63,169 nucleotides of DNA, filler included, from Octopus bimaculoides (GCF_001194135.2; 7 parts of 6 records of this genome joined end to end with filler, not necessarily neighbours in it); one strand, 5' to 3'. Shown: positions 13,733 to 27,794, counted from the whole stretch's first letter. Numbers and translations: made by a program. Notes: a model not told the origin generated them from the sequence alone.

Positions 13733-13789
13733 ACAACAACAACAAACAACAACAAAAACAACAACAACAACAACAACAACAGCACCAAC

Positions 13790-13830
<41 letters not shown>

Positions 13831-13898
13831 TGATGATGATGACGATGACGATGATGTAGTTGATGAGGATGATGTTGATGGTGATGATGATGATGACG

Positions 13899-13929
<31 letters not shown>

Positions 13930-13955
13930 CAACAACAACAACAACAACAATAACA

Positions 13956-14013
<58 letters not shown>

Positions 14014-14028
14014 TAATAATAATAATAA
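13733..14028. repeat. Compound trinucleotide microsatellite (AAC/AAT/GAT)
   Basis: Directly visible; source of the poly-N/D/L/I ORFs. Confidence 0.95.
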
Positions 14029-14856
14029 CTGCTTCCAGTATAAGCACAAGGCCGAAAAATTTGTGAATGCGACCTCAGTACTTAAATGGTTTTATATTTT
14101 AGCGCCTCCACAAGGATGAAATACAAAATTGACTTTGGCGGGATTTTGAACTCAGATGTGCAGCACTTCTGCACCTGTAGGGTTTATCTCCATCCAGCCA
14201 AGGAATACGAGAAGTTTCAAAGTCTCCGAGAAGATCCCGAGAACAGACGAGTCAGCTTATTCTCGCTGACACACCGAGTTTCTCCAATAACATTCTTACT
14301 TTTCTCAACCAGTGTTCCTTAAAGAAAGCTAATATGGAAGCTACATCTGTTTCATGGAATAACTTGTAAAGGGCTAAGAGTACCCGACAGCATTCTGGAT
14401 GCCAGACATCCGATCTTGGCCTTCTCTTGAGCTAAGGCTAACTCATTAAAGGGACGAAAGATGTACCTGGAAAACAGTGGTCACAGCTTCTCACCATCCA
14501 AGAAACTCTGTAGGCGTTGCAATGTCTACACACCATCAGTTGCGGTACATTGAACCCACAAAACACAGGGTGCTAGCAGCAGATAAAACACCTACCCAGT
14601 GGGATGCGTTATTTCTACAAGAAGAGAAAGAATAGAGATTCCAATTTGGTCAGGCGACAACTCGGGTAAGCTACATCTACCACGCGATCATAACAACAGA
14701 GGTGATCTATGCGTTCGTCACCTCTGACCGACATTTCAGTGATAGTTTTCGTTCAGCCTATTTCTTGGTGAGAGTGGCCAATCAGCTCGCATCCTCTTGC
14801 AAGTTTCCGTCTGCTTGGAGGTCTTGACTGAAGTAGACTTCTCGTCAAATTAACTG

Positions 14857-15272
14857 TTAGATGTTCCAGTTCACTGAGACATTGGCCGTCTTGGACTTAA
14901 GTTCCAAGTTGTATTTGCTATAGTTTTCTAATCCTTCAGTTCCCGCGGTAGCGGATCGAAAGTCAGCAAAGAACGGTGCATATGATTCCAAACGTGTTGT
15001 GTCGACGCCCCCAGGCGAAGAAGTAGGATCTCCCAAGACATATAAATAGAAGTAGTCTGGCCGTGGTAGGTGTGTTGAGTAGCAGTCGAGTAGCAGTTGT
15101 GTAGCGGTTGAGTAGAGATCATCCGAAGGTGCAAGATAGCAGTAGCGTTGAGACATAACAAAACGGTTCTGATAGGTGGCCATTTAGTATGACAACTAAA
15201 TGGATGTTGTTGTACATTGAAGAGGTTCATATTCTGTAGGCAGAATAGAAGCCGACTGCACGAAGAACACAA
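14857..15272 (-). pseudogene. Possible degenerate Ty3/Gypsy gag relic
   Basis: Frameshifted peptides LLFCLQNMNLF..HTKW and APSDDLYSTATQLLLDCYS...VLGD loosely resemble the Gypsy gag pattern WF.Q.E..F...TKF / PP.D.Y..LK..LL / LGD..PS. Judged by eye only. Confidence 0.3.
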
Positions 15273-15439
15273 CTCAAGTAACGAAGTTTGACATTACAGA
15301 GAGGCTTTAGTTTGTTGCTTAATTCCTTTACAACCCATTGCATGAAGAAAAAGTCTGTGCATTCCTGATCACGCTACCGACGACAAACACCAACTGCTTT
15401 GCTTGGAACTTAATCAAAATTTTAAACCCCATAATATAA

Positions 15440-15655
15440 TAATGGTTTCAGATTTTGGCACAGACAAGCAATTTTGGAGGAGGGGGTTAAGTCGATTACA
15501 TTAATTCCAATGTTCAACTGGTACTTATTTTGTCTACCTCGAAAGAATGAAAGGCAAAGTGAATCTCGGCAGAATTTGAATTCAGAATATAAAGACGGAC
15601 AAAATGCCGCTAAGCATTTTCTCCGGTGTGCTGACGATTCTGCCAGCTCGCTTTC
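15440..15655 (-). mobile_element. SINE family C
   Basis: Reverse complement of 16158-16391. Confidence 0.75.
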
Positions 15656-15821
15656 TTACTCTATAATATAATGATAATGTAATAATGTGACAATACACCA
15701 CCATATGTATATACATACATACATGCATACATACATACATGTGTGTATGCATGCATACATCCATACATGCACGTATGCATAAGTACATTCATACATACAA
15801 ACATATGTACGTATATAAAAG

Positions 15822-16069
15822 ATCAAAGGTCTTTCCCACGACATAGACTCGTAAGACCGGTTTCCCGGATTCTGTGACGTATATACTCCCCACTGGAGGC
15901 CGCCGAGCCGTCGTATGAAAACTCATTTTTGTCAGCTGAGTGGACTGGAGCAACGGGAAATGAAGTGTTTTGCTCAAGAACACAACGCGTTGCCCGGTCT
16001 AGGAATCGAAACCACAATCTTATGATCATGAGTGCAACCCTACTTAACCATTAAGCCACGCGCCTCCAC
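15822..16069 (-). mobile_element. SINE family E
   Basis: Same core as 8030-8284. Confidence 0.75.
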
Positions 16070-16157
16070 ATACATACATACATACATACATACATACATA
16101 CATACATACATACATACATACATACATACATACATACATACATACATAAGTACGTAT

Positions 16158-16391
16158 TAAGGCGACGAGCTGGCAGAAACGTTAGCACGCCGGGCTAAAT
16201 GCTTAGCGGTATTTCGTCTGCCGCTACGTTCTGAGTTCAAATTCCGCCGAGGTCGACTTTGCCTTTCATCCTTTCGGGGTCGATTAAATAAGTACCAGTT
16301 ACGCACTGGGGTCGATATAATCGACTTAATCCGTTTGTCTGTCCTTGTTTCTCCCCTCTGTGTGTAGCCCCTTGTGGGTAGTAAAGAAATA
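16158..16391 (+). mobile_element. tRNA-derived SINE family C, full length, 18-bp TSD
   Basis: Head ggcgacgagctggcagaaacgttagc, central gtcgactttgcctttcatcctttcggggtcgat, TSD acatacataagtacgtat at 16140-16157 and 16392-16409. Confidence 0.9.
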
Positions 16392-16999
16392 ACATACATA
16401 AGTACGTATGTATGTACGTATGTGTGTGCATATTTATATGTGTGTGTATATGTATGTATGTATGTATGTATGTATCTATCTATCTATCTATCTATCGATA
16501 TATATATATATATATATATATGCGCTAATACAAGTAAGTACACAAACACATATATAGGTATTGACAATGGGAAATTGCTAACGTATCTTGACAACCCTGT
16601 AGTTTTTGGCATCCATCCAGTATACCAGTTCTGTAGGCTGGAATGAGATGAGCAGAGGAAGTAAACATCATGAGATTTTGCCGATTAGGCAGGGAATTAG
16701 AGATAACAATAAAACGAGCCGAACACGTGTACACACGTAAACTCTCTCTCTCTCTCACACATACACATACACGCGCGCACGCACATAAGCGCGAGGGAGT
16801 ACTGTTACATGGTAACGTATAGACAAAGATAAACACACGCTTTTAAACATGTTTTGTTACATGGAACACATGTATTCCTTTACAGTCATACAAACATGTA
16901 CATTCACTCACATTGTGTCTATATGAAGGGATATGCTTAAAAAGGTGGTTTCAGTCAAGCTGAAGAATCAGAAGTGAAGCACCATTGCTGCCAGGCAAA

Positions 17000-17760
17000 G
17001 TGGCATAAAAGTGGCAGAGGTCTGACCAGCCAATTGACTTAAAGTACCATAGGGATTGTGGGAAAGGGAATGTTGTGTAGTATGTAGTTGTTTGTTGAGT
17101 AAGTACACCAATTATCACATTTATGATCTGGATATAGGAGCTATACGTTTCCGTAGTTGTTGTCCGTAGTTATCCCCCTTTCTCTTTGATTTTCGAAGAG
17201 ATATTCACATCAGCAGGGCTGATGCCTCAAACATCTATATCCGGCTTGTTATATTTGCACTTGGTAGAAGTTATGATGGGAATGCTCCACCAATATTTCT
17301 TGTGTTACTGCTTATGTATTCAATAACAATGGGATTTTCTACATTTATTCCAAGACAGTCTCTTTCTCAGATGGCATTGTACATTGTTTTAGCAACATGG
17401 CATGCTCACTTGGAAGATTGTACCTTGATGACATTTTTGGGCAGCTGTTGATCCCATGTTCGATGTCTTCCACAGAAATCTTGTGGACTTTAGTATCAAT
17501 GGAGTGGATGTCCTTTACAGATCAGCCGAGTATCCCCAATGTCGGTACTAGCACTGGTACTGCAAATGCATTGTGGGATACTATCTTGTTGCAAGAGGAG
17601 AGTTCTAGTTGCTATATTTTTCTAAGTCTGGCATAATAATCTCGGGTTACTCTATCTTTGTTCACAGTAACTTCATGTGATATATTTATGAGTAAAAGCA
17701 CAAAATGGAGTGAGAAGAGTACATATGTCGTACTGATTGTGTTGTATCGATGTTGATAGC
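17000..17760 (-). pseudogene. Degenerate R4/Dong-type non-LTR retrotransposon 3' part (thumb plus REL endonuclease)
   Basis: Minus-strand peptides ELSSCNKIVSHNAFAVPVLVPTLGILG, HVAKTMYNAI, WWSIPIITSTKCKYNKPDI and VIIGVL parallel the 5041-5254 peptide; many stops and frameshifts. Confidence 0.65.
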
Positions 17761-17818
17761 GTTATCAATATCAGCCATGATCATACAAGAGAAATTCTAC
17801 GTGGTGAGATATATATTC

Positions 17819-18051
17819 TATTGTGTTTTCCGGAAAGTTCGTGCCGATTTATAGTAGCTTATCTTTCGATTTATTTGCCATGAAACCACCTCAATTCTGG
17901 GAAGAGGGTATTTTCAAGTTAAAGGGAAAGATAGAGACGTATTGTGCAACAAAATGGTTCATATTTGGTTGATTAAAAATGTAATGGCAAGTATTTATTG
18001 ACCTTTTTCTTTCCTTTAAAAATCGGCACGAACTTTCCGGACAACCCAATA
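17819..18051 (+). mobile_element. Mariner deletion derivative (MITE), 30-bp TIRs, TA TSD
   Basis: TA-ttgtgttttccggaaagttcgtgccgattt ... aaatcggcacgaactttccggacaacccaa-TA (2 mismatches); the interior retains the transposase C-terminus (..QNGSYLVD stop). Confidence 0.85.
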
Positions 18052-18219
18052 GAATCCGGTCTGAATAACGTTAGGTTAGTAAGTAAAAGATGTTTAATTA
18101 TAACAGAAGAAATAAACGAGTTACTTAAATTGGGTGAGTTGGCATAATTGTAGATGAAAATGTTCAAAAAGACATTTTAAACGCTTCTCTACACCTGTAA
18201 GCCTGACGTTGACGGCACC

Positions 18220-18275
<56 letters not shown>

Positions 18276-18510
18276 GTATGCATGCATATATGTATGGATG
18301 TGTGCATGTATGTATGCATGTACATACATATGTTTATATGGATATATATACGCATATATATANNNNNNNNNNNNNNNNNNNNNNNNNNNNNNNNNNNNNN
18401 NNNNNNNNNNNNNNNNNNNNNNNNNNNNNNNNNNNNNNNNNNNNNNTATATAAATAGATAGATAGATAGATAGACGTGTATGTTCACACACGCATACACA
18501 TGTACATGTG

Positions 18511-18559
<49 letters not shown>

Positions 18560-18638
18560 GTCTGTCTGTCTGTCTGTCTGTCTCTGGCTCAGCCTCTGTT
18601 CTTTTTCTTCTTCTTCTTCTTCTTCTTCTTCTTCTTCT

Positions 18639-18677
<39 letters not shown>

Positions 18678-19759
18678 CGCACACACACACATATAATTAT
18701 GGACACATACACGCTAGTACAGACAAATACAGACCTAAACGCTCTCCCTCACATACACAGATATACATACATACACACACACACACATACACACGCACAC
18801 ATAGAGACAAAAGCAGATATAAACACACAGGTATTCGTGCAAGAATACGCTTACATACTTCACTCACGTGTCAGACATATGTCTGCACTAAATACACAGA
18901 CTTGGAGTCATCCACGCATTCCTGTTTGGCATGGAACCATAGTAAGTTGTTATACACATTTCAACGAAAGAAACTGTTTTTTTTCTTAGAGACTGATATT
19001 TTCGTTATTGAACATTGTAAAAGAATGGTGATAGAACGTAAATACGATTCTATTATGCTGTCTGAATGTTAACGAAAGAATTTGATTCTTAGAGACCAGC
19101 TGTTATTTTATTGAAGAAGTTTAAAGAATAAGTTAAAGAACACATACACACACATGCACACACACAGATTGTTTGCCCGTAAAATCTATTAGAGCACCAA
19201 TTATATAGAGTATATTCACGTCTTTCAACACGAACAATGTTTGTGGAACATTCTAATTAGAAAAAACCCAATAAAAACAACAGAAAAACTTTCATTAAAT
19301 TCAAGCAAAATAGACCTGCTACAATTATCTTCAGAACTAAAGCTAAAAGTCTGCCCTGTTTTAAGCTTTCAGCACCTGTTAGTCATATCCAACGGATATT
19401 ATCCGCTTGATCTTTATCGCCAGATAAAATATAAACAAGCTAACGAGATCAACATGTGGAAATAGATTCTTATCTAACGTCTGGCTATCTTACACTCCAA
19501 CTTCGTCACAATAAAAGCTTGCAATCGTTTTTTTTATGGTCCTTTACTAATCTCGGCAGCTGAACACATTGTCTCTAATTCAATATTCATCATACATGTC
19601 AAAAAACCTTTTCTTGTTTCCCAAACGTTTAATATATCCTTCTATCATCTACATCCCTTCTAAGTTCAACACATTTCAGTGAAACATTTTCCTTCTAATC
19701 TCAGCAAATTCACAAATGTTTGTCTGACCACATCTCTGAAGCACTCTCAAACGTGAGTA

Positions 19760-19848
19760 GCTACCGCCGCCGCTACCGCCGCTGCTACCGCCGCCGCTAC
19801 CGCCGCTGCTACCGCCGCTGCTACCGCCGCTGCTACCGCCGCTGCTAC
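19760..19848. repeat. GC-rich (gctaccgccgct)n repeat running into a gap
   Basis: Directly visible; reads as GGSS on the minus strand but there is no support for coding. Confidence 0.85.
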
Positions 19849-22843
19849 NNNNNNNNNNNNNNNNNNNNNNNNNNNNNNNNNNNNNNNNNNNNNNNNNNNN
19901 NNNNNNNNNNNNNNNNNNNNNNNNNNNNNNNNNNNNNNNNNNNNNNNNNNNNNNNNNNNNNNNNNNNNNNNNNNNNNNNNNNNNNNNNNNNNNNNNNNNN
20001 NNNNNNNNNNNNNNNNNNNNNNNNNNNNNNNNNNNNNNNNNNNNNNNNNNNNNNNNNNNNNNNNNNNNCACCACCGCCACCACTGCCACTGGCAGCAGCA
20101 ACTGCTCCCAACACCTATTCTCACCTTTCATTCTTCACAATCTAATGAAGCTTAGCATGAGTCCCAAACTTTGGAAATAGGAATGCACGTGTTCTGTCTC
20201 GAGTAAAGAAAAACGGAGATTCATCGTTCCAATCTCAGACATCTCTAAATGATCGAAACCATTAACAGTTACTGTATACGCATCTTTTAATTTGCTTAGC
20301 AACCACCATACTGGTTTCTAATGAGCTAAACAAATGAGTATAGTTCCTCTTATCTCCTTTATAAATTTTCTAAATTTCTGGAAGTTATCATGGAAATCAA
20401 ACTTCTTATTTAAGACATTAGGAGCAAATTCTCTAAAATATCTGACACTAAAATATATTATGCAAACTCCGTGCCAATACGAACAGAGATTTACTTTACA
20501 GACTAATGGTTTGGCGATCTGAAGAAAGAAACTATGATTTAATTTCCGGTCAGTTTCACGTCTGTCATTGAATTGTCTTTATATGCCAGTTAGATTAACA
20601 AAGGAAGCGTTCAGTGCTTCGCCCAAGGCCACGTACCAATGTTAGTTATATGATACCAATTCACAACCAAGAAGCAGACACTTCATTACTCAGATAACGC
20701 GTTACACTTCTAAAAACAGAATTTTCACTTTAATTTAATGTAACGTAATATATCATATAATATTATAATACATTGTAGAGAACGAGGTTAGCTACCAGTG
20801 AACTGAAATTGCAGCCTGCTTTCCGACTCCCTGTTAGACTTCGTCACTTCACTAGCCTGTTAATGTTCTCGAGGAGAAGAAGAAAACAGAAAGAAGAAGA
20901 AGAAGTAGAAGAAGAAGAAATAACTGAGAGGCTATAATTTCCATTTAACTTAGCTGCAGGCATACACATCATGTAGAAGGTAACAAGAAATCCCTGTAGT
21001 GCAGTCACTGTTGTACACATTGACAATATCATTACAAACTATACCCGGCGGCACACATGATGCGTAATGATTCCAAATATTATTTGATTGCTGGTCGCAA
21101 AGGCACAATTAGTAATAGCGTAACTATTCTAGCAAGGGAGGGAAATCAGGCCGTTCACACTTAACTGAATATTTACCGCCACACTATGTGTCCACTATGT
21201 ATTAAATAATCAAAACATTTCATACATAAATAAAAGGCTTTAGATTGATAGGAGATGAAGATATGAGGTTGGGAAGTTCATACCATTCCAAATATCCCCC
21301 TAAGTGCTGGCGAAGTGATACACAGCTCTAGCTGAGAATTGAAATCCGAATCAAGTTTGGCTCGCAGTCACAGATTATACACGTTTTGCTCAACGAAACT
21401 AACCAAGTAGTTTTCAAACGGAAAACAAGAATGCCCCCCTCAAAATATTAGTGAGATATTTACCTCTCACCCTCTTAGTAATAAGGAGACAAACTAGAAT
21501 TTGCATTCATATAATTCTTCTCTCTCCGCTATGGTGCTGGACAAGTTTAAAAAGTTTAAAAATTTTATTGAACACGATAACTTGTTCTCTCCATTTCTCT
21601 CCTTATTTCTTTCTCTCGCTTGAGAAGCACTGAGCTAACATACAATACAATACAATACAACACAACACAACACAATACAATATAATATAATATAATATAA
21701 TATAATATATAGAATATAGTATATTATATTATATAATATAATAATATATTTACAATATATTGCATTCGTTTCCTCTTCATTAGCTTTTCTCATATTTCTT
21801 CATACTGCCATACACGTATAATACCTGCAGGGGATAAAAGATAATAATGATGATGATGATGATGATGATGATGATAATTTAGAAGGCAAATTCAGAACCA
21901 GACTAATGGTATCTGAGAATGTGTTAATAACAACAAATGTAGAACGAAAATTGATTTTTCTGTCAGAAATTTTCACCTGCAGCCATTAATGAGTTCAGGT
22001 CAGATGATATAAAATATAGAAAGAACCCAACCCCCTCACCCACACTATTTGGGAACGAGCTTAAAGTACATGTAGATGGGCAGAACAGCAGGAAGATAAC
22101 TTTAATAATACATATTTCCATCGCCGCAGATAAAGAGACATGAAATTCTATATTTTGTTTACGTTTGCTATCAACTCTATTTAGATAAGTAAGGGAAGGG
22201 AAAAAAAAAACCCAAAAAACAAAAACAAAAAAACTAAAAATTCCCTTACAAAACAAAATAAAATCCAGAAAAAAACCTAGTATCAGTACAAAATGTTAAA
22301 AAAATTTTTTAAACAACCAAAATGCTCTTAAAAACTTTTTAACCAACATACTTATAGATTTCAACCAAATAAAATTAGGTGTAAAGTATTGAAGGAGAAA
22401 TCTGTATAAATCCCATTTTCTCTCCAGTTTTCTCCCTTTCTTTTCCTTCTCGTATCTCGTTTTCTCTCTTTCTCAACCTCAAGAATCGCAAAAGACCTTG
22501 TGTAATGTTTAGGTATATATAACATAGCAACTATCTTTCTTCATTGAACTTTTTACATTTCTGTTGTTAGTTCTTACATGGCGCACATGCACGAACGAAG
22601 AGTTTCATGCATATGTATATAAACATATACCCTTTAGGTACATACAGAGATGCATACGCAAAATATCATACATGCATACATACATACATACATACATACA
22701 TACATACATACTTACTTACATACATACATACTTGCATACATGCTTGCATATATACATACATGCATACAAACTTGCATACATACATACATACATACATACG
22801 TATGTATAAAATGTTTTGCGTATGCAATACACACACGCATACA

Positions 22844-23012
22844 TACAGGGTGCGATGGGTAAATTGTCGCCATTTTTAATTTTTAATTTCGCGCATCCAT
22901 ATTGTTCGTTTTTGATATTGTCGACTACACAGTATAGTAGGGTTAATTGGGTACCGTCTGTAAGAAAAATGACACCATGACGCAATTCTCTCTGCAAGAA
23001 ATTTGGAAACGA
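22844..23012 (+). mobile_element. Tc1/mariner-superfamily 5' end, truncated
   Basis: TA-CAGGGTG terminus followed by ATG at 22977 giving MTQFSLQEIWKR, resembling maT/DD37D-type N-termini; no matching right TIR. Confidence 0.4.
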
Positions 23013-23400
23013 TCCACGGCCCGGCGTTGGTCTGTGGTCCGGTGGTTGTGGAGCCCTGTCTTGCACCTTATCCAAAAGGACAACATGATAAGCAGGGCGT
23101 CGTTCATCAACACATTGTAACATCTGGACTACAGATGTCCTGGATCATTTCTTTGTGTTTTCTACAGCTACCGCAGTAGCCTCTGCTCTTCGCAGCTTGC
23201 TGATATCGCATCATATCAATTCAGAGCTCTTCTGACTATTTCGTTTCTTCTTTTCTCGCCACCCATATCGTATTCGCTTTCGGGCTTCTCACTAATCACT
23301 ATACTCAGAATACTTTTCTCTCCAGAACATCGACTCTCTAGAGTTCGCTGCATAAGTTTTTACTTCAGCCGTTGATTGCGATAAATCAAGAGAAATGTAG

Positions 23401-23775
23401 TTGTTGTTGTTGGCACTCCGTCGCTTACGACGTCGAGGGTTCCCGCTGAACAGCCTGCTCGTGAAATTAACGTGCAAGTGCCTGAGCACTCCACAGACAC
23501 GTGTACCCTTAACGTAGTTCTCAAGGATATTCAGCGTGACACAGTGTGACAAGGCTGACCCTTTGAATTACAGGCACAAGAGAAACAGGAAGTAAGAGTG
23601 AGAGAAAGTTGTGGTGAAAGAGTACAGCAGGGTTCGCCACTATCCCCCGCCGGAGCCTCGTGGAGCTTTTAGGTGTTTTCGCTCAATAAACACTCACAAC
23701 GGCCGGTCTGGGAATCGAAACCGCGATCCTGTGACCGCGAGTCTGCTACCCTAACCACCGGGCCATTGCGCCTCC
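23401..23775 (-). mobile_element. SINE family A, full length, 14-bp TSD
   Basis: Reverse complement of 9452-9846; TSD tcaagagaaa[t/c]gta on both sides. Confidence 0.9.
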
Positions 23776-24235
23776 ACTCAAGAGAAACGTAAACAGCATC
23801 AATCTCACCGCTCTTGGAGGATCTGCGAAGGCGAAGATCACATTGCCTTTCTTTAGGCAAAAAAGGGGAGGGGTATAAAACAAATAATTATGTACCTCGA
23901 TTTTCACATTGTATTGAGAAAAAATATATGTACGATCCAGATAGAATGATAAAGAAATAACGAGTTGGAGAAGGTAGTTGGTGGGGGGCGACACAGTTTT
24001 CAGTTCAAGAGATCTTTAGCTTAGATTTTTAATCAGTTGCATTCATGAAATTAAAACATCATTTTTAGTTTTATGGGGGAAAAAAATGAAATAAAATCAA
24101 TAAGAATTATGGAAATATGAAAATATTTTAGATGTTTTTCAATTTTGTTTTTCTTTGATAGAAATGCAGACGACGCAAAAGTTACTCAGCTATTATACTT
24201 CCATAATCCTTGAAATATCCGCTAGGCATGGCTAG

Positions 24236-24286
<51 letters not shown>

Positions 24287-25445
24287 ATATGTGTGTGTGT
24301 GTATATATGTATGTATATATTATGTGTGTGTTAACTTAATGGGTAAGATTTTAATACAAATGAAAGGACATTATATGTTTTCTGACATAAAATAATTAAC
24401 AAGCTCCAAGAACTACAAATCTTTTGAAGGACACGAATTAGTCACCTCCTCTTATTTTTGAGTTGCTTAGTTTGGAAGAAGGGATGGTGTCGATGACCTT
24501 TGCAGATGAATGAGTTCGATGCTATTAATGATGTTCAGTTCGAACAGTTGCAAGGCAACAGGTGTACGAAATGCATTAGTAGGGAGGAGATTGGAGCTGG
24601 GGTGTGTCGATATCTTGGGTGTAGAAGGACTGGGCCTAGTGGTTAATTCAAGAAATGGCAAGTAAACATAAGCATGACGAACGTGAGGTCGAGAGGCGCT
24701 TGGTTCGGAATGCTTGAGTGAATGGAAGACGTACAAAGAAGAGACAGCTACAGAAAAGCAATAAAAAAAGATAAAGGGGAACAGCACGCCTATAGGCTGG
24801 CGGCAGGATTGTATCTGTGATTTAATACCAATCAGTCGAATAGCCCTTCACCGGATGTGACCCAAGACATCTATGTTGTGCAACAGCAACACCGTCCCTC
24901 CATTGTGTACCTCATTTGAACATTGTTGGAGGCTGAAATACCTTCCGGACCTAAAGAGAAAGGGGACCATGATACCGATTTACACTAAAGAACGCTTGCA
25001 CTTTTCTCTGTAAGATTAAGCATCGTGTTAATTTTACATATATAAACTAACGCTTTTATCCCACATAGTGTGTGACTCGTTTCACAGTTAATTCGCCAGC
25101 CAGAAGAAGCTTATAATTTATAAAAAGCTGATTTGGTCTAATAGACCGAATCATGTCCCTAGATTTTTCTTGCCTGCAGCCAACGATCAGACTTCTCGTT
25201 GAACGTGTAAATTAACTTTGAGGGGAATTAGCTCCCCTTTGTATGAGAGTTTTTATTTTCTTTTTCCGATCAAAAGGGAAATGTCAATTAGTTAAAAATT
25301 TATTCCGTACGGCGTTCAGTATATCAGTCCTTAAATTAATTGTTATACTATCGTCTGTCACTGAGATATCATATTTTGGTTCGACATTTATGCTGAGAAT
25401 TAATCTTAAGAATAGGATGAATCATTTTATGTATGTATGTATGTA

Positions 25446-25482
<37 letters not shown>

Positions 25483-25513
25483 GTGTGTGTGCATACATAC
25501 ATACATACATACA

Positions 25514-25573
<60 letters not shown>

Positions 25574-26478
25574 ATGATTCAAATAAACAGATGAACAGAT
25601 TATCTCGATGTCATATGTGTGAGTATGTGTGTATATATATGTGTGTGTGTATGTATATATATATGTATATATATATGTGTATATATATGTATGTGTGTGT
25701 GTATGTGTGTGTGTATGTGTGTATATATATGGGTGTATGTATGTATGTGCATTATACACACACACACATATATATGCTCATGCTCAGACACATACAACAT
25801 TGCTGTTTGCAACGTATGCACGACAAAGAACTAATTACAATATTGATGGTATTTTCCTTTTTTTCTCCCTTTCTGATATACATACATGATGATCGCTTCA
25901 GCTTGACAGATGATAACCATTTCAATTAATCTACTCCATCCCGATAATCTCCATTAGCCTATGTGCTCCGAAGAAAAAAATCCCTCAAAAAGAACCCACA
26001 GAATTTTAATAGAGAAGAAAGATGGACCAGACAGAGTGAATCATCTGTACATCACTGGATTAAAGTGATATATGCATATACATGTATCCGACCCTCTAAG
26101 TATCAATAACTGGAATCCCATGACAGCTATTGCAAGATGACTGACAGCTCCATCAACTGGTTTGATTTCAGAGCGCTTTTTCTCAGACTTTTCCAAACAA
26201 AGTTTACTTAGACGTTGGCAGGAATTTGCCAGAAACATATTTATACATAAATGGATGGCCGTAGACACTCATGAGTTCATTCGCCCTTTAATGACTCTTA
26301 TTTTTTTATCCTGCAGGGTGTCCAGAAATCATATTCCTCACCAAGCCCGTTTGGTGGGTTTGCCGGCTCAGTCTTCGACGACATGACTATACAAGTTGTA
26401 TTAGGTTACATGTAACATGTAGCACACAGAAGTGACTTGACAAACAAACAAACATACATACATACATACATACATACA

Positions 26479-26830
26479 TGATGATGGCCGTCCACTCGTG
26501 ACCGAGGAAGACCATTGCTGACCTTCAGGAACATTGTGCGCTCTAGGACTAACTTATATTTTGCATTTGCGGCTCCGTTGGTGGCTAATGAGCCCTGCTC
26601 TTGACAAGCATACACGACTACAAACGTTGCAGACCAAGCTTTCCCCATTCACTATACGAGCCGGCAGAAACCAAGGCTGCGATTTAAGTAGTGTCAAGTC
26701 CTCATTAAAGGCCTGTGATATGCAGGAGAGTGAATGGGAGAACAATGCCTGTCATCGCCACAGATGGAGGAAGCAGTTAAGGAGGGGATCGACACTTTTG
26801 AGAGAGCACGCAACCAGCATGAAGTACGTA
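26479..26830 (-). mobile_element. RTE-clade LINE 3' end with inverted 5' segment
   Basis: Minus strand: LVCNVCSRVCLSRAGLISHQRS (C2H2 finger) plus tail ggacggccatcatcat. Plus strand from about 26660: KPRLRFK..KSSLKACDMQESEWENNACHRHRWRKQL, the RTE C-terminal pattern. Confidence 0.8.
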
Positions 26831-27405
26831 CATAATACATACATACATACATACATACATACATACATACATACACACATATGCACACGCATGCACACAT
26901 ACATTCGCATGCTCTGTTCCTTCTTTGTTACTTGAAAAGGTTTTCAAGCCCCTTCCCCTCTAAAACGCAACAAAAACAAGAAGCAAAAAAAAAACCATTG
27001 TTGGAATTTCGGTAACAGCAAAGCTTACATGTAGACTTTAAAAAATCTCTCGTTTTCTCTGTTCCACTTACAGATTACATTTTCAAACGGTGTGGTGGTA
27101 GCTGATTATACAACTACACACATTTAACTAAAAAAACAAAAAACAAAAAAAAAAACACAAAAAGGTTATTTTTTACTGTTCTACTTACACATTGTATTTT
27201 AAAATTTGTGGTAGTTAGCTGGTTACTATCTTTGGCTGATAACCCCCGACTTTTCAAGACAACCACTGAAACATTTACTAACATAAACAAGGATAATACA
27301 GTTCTGTATTTAAGAGATGAGGAATTATGTACATTATTTACAGTATTTACATTATTTACAGTATTTACATTTGACGGATATTTGTCCTCATCTTGTTTGT
27401 TGTTC

Positions 27406-27449
27406 ACACAACGTTTCGGCTGATATACCCTCCAGTCTTCATCAGGTGT
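27406..27449 (-). ncRNA. Minimal type I hammerhead ribozyme motif (Penelope-type)
   Basis: rc = acac CUGAUGA a gacugg agggtata ucagcc GAA ACGU U gugu: 4-bp stem I, stem II with one A.C mismatch, palindromic ACGU stem III, GUU cleavage triplet. Confidence 0.75.
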
Positions 27450-27501
27450 CTTGGGGGAAATTTCGAACCTGGGTTCTCATTCCTAAGGTATTTTTCGATG
27501 T

Positions 27502-27560
<59 letters not shown>

Positions 27561-27746
27561 TAATAATAATAACAATAATAATAATAATAATAAACAATCA
27601 ACACTACTAAGTAACAAGAAGAAAACAACAATCAACACTACTAAGTNNNNNNNNNNNNNNNNNNNNNNNNNNNNNNNNNNNNNNNNNNNNTTAATTAATT
27701 AANNNNNNNNNNNNNNNNNNNNNNNNNNNNNNNNNNNNNNNNNNNN

Positions 27747-27794
<48 letters not shown>

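Noticed and set aside
19760-20110. Gly/Ser-rich (GGSS)n reading suggesting a structural protein
   Set aside because: Simple repeat broken by a gap; flanking frames close quickly and there is no splice or signal-peptide support.
26318-26410. Acceptor-like ttatcctgcag followed by SPSPFGGFAGSVFDD (jacalin-like look)
   Set aside because: No credible donor, an in-frame stop follows soon after, and the similarity is too short.
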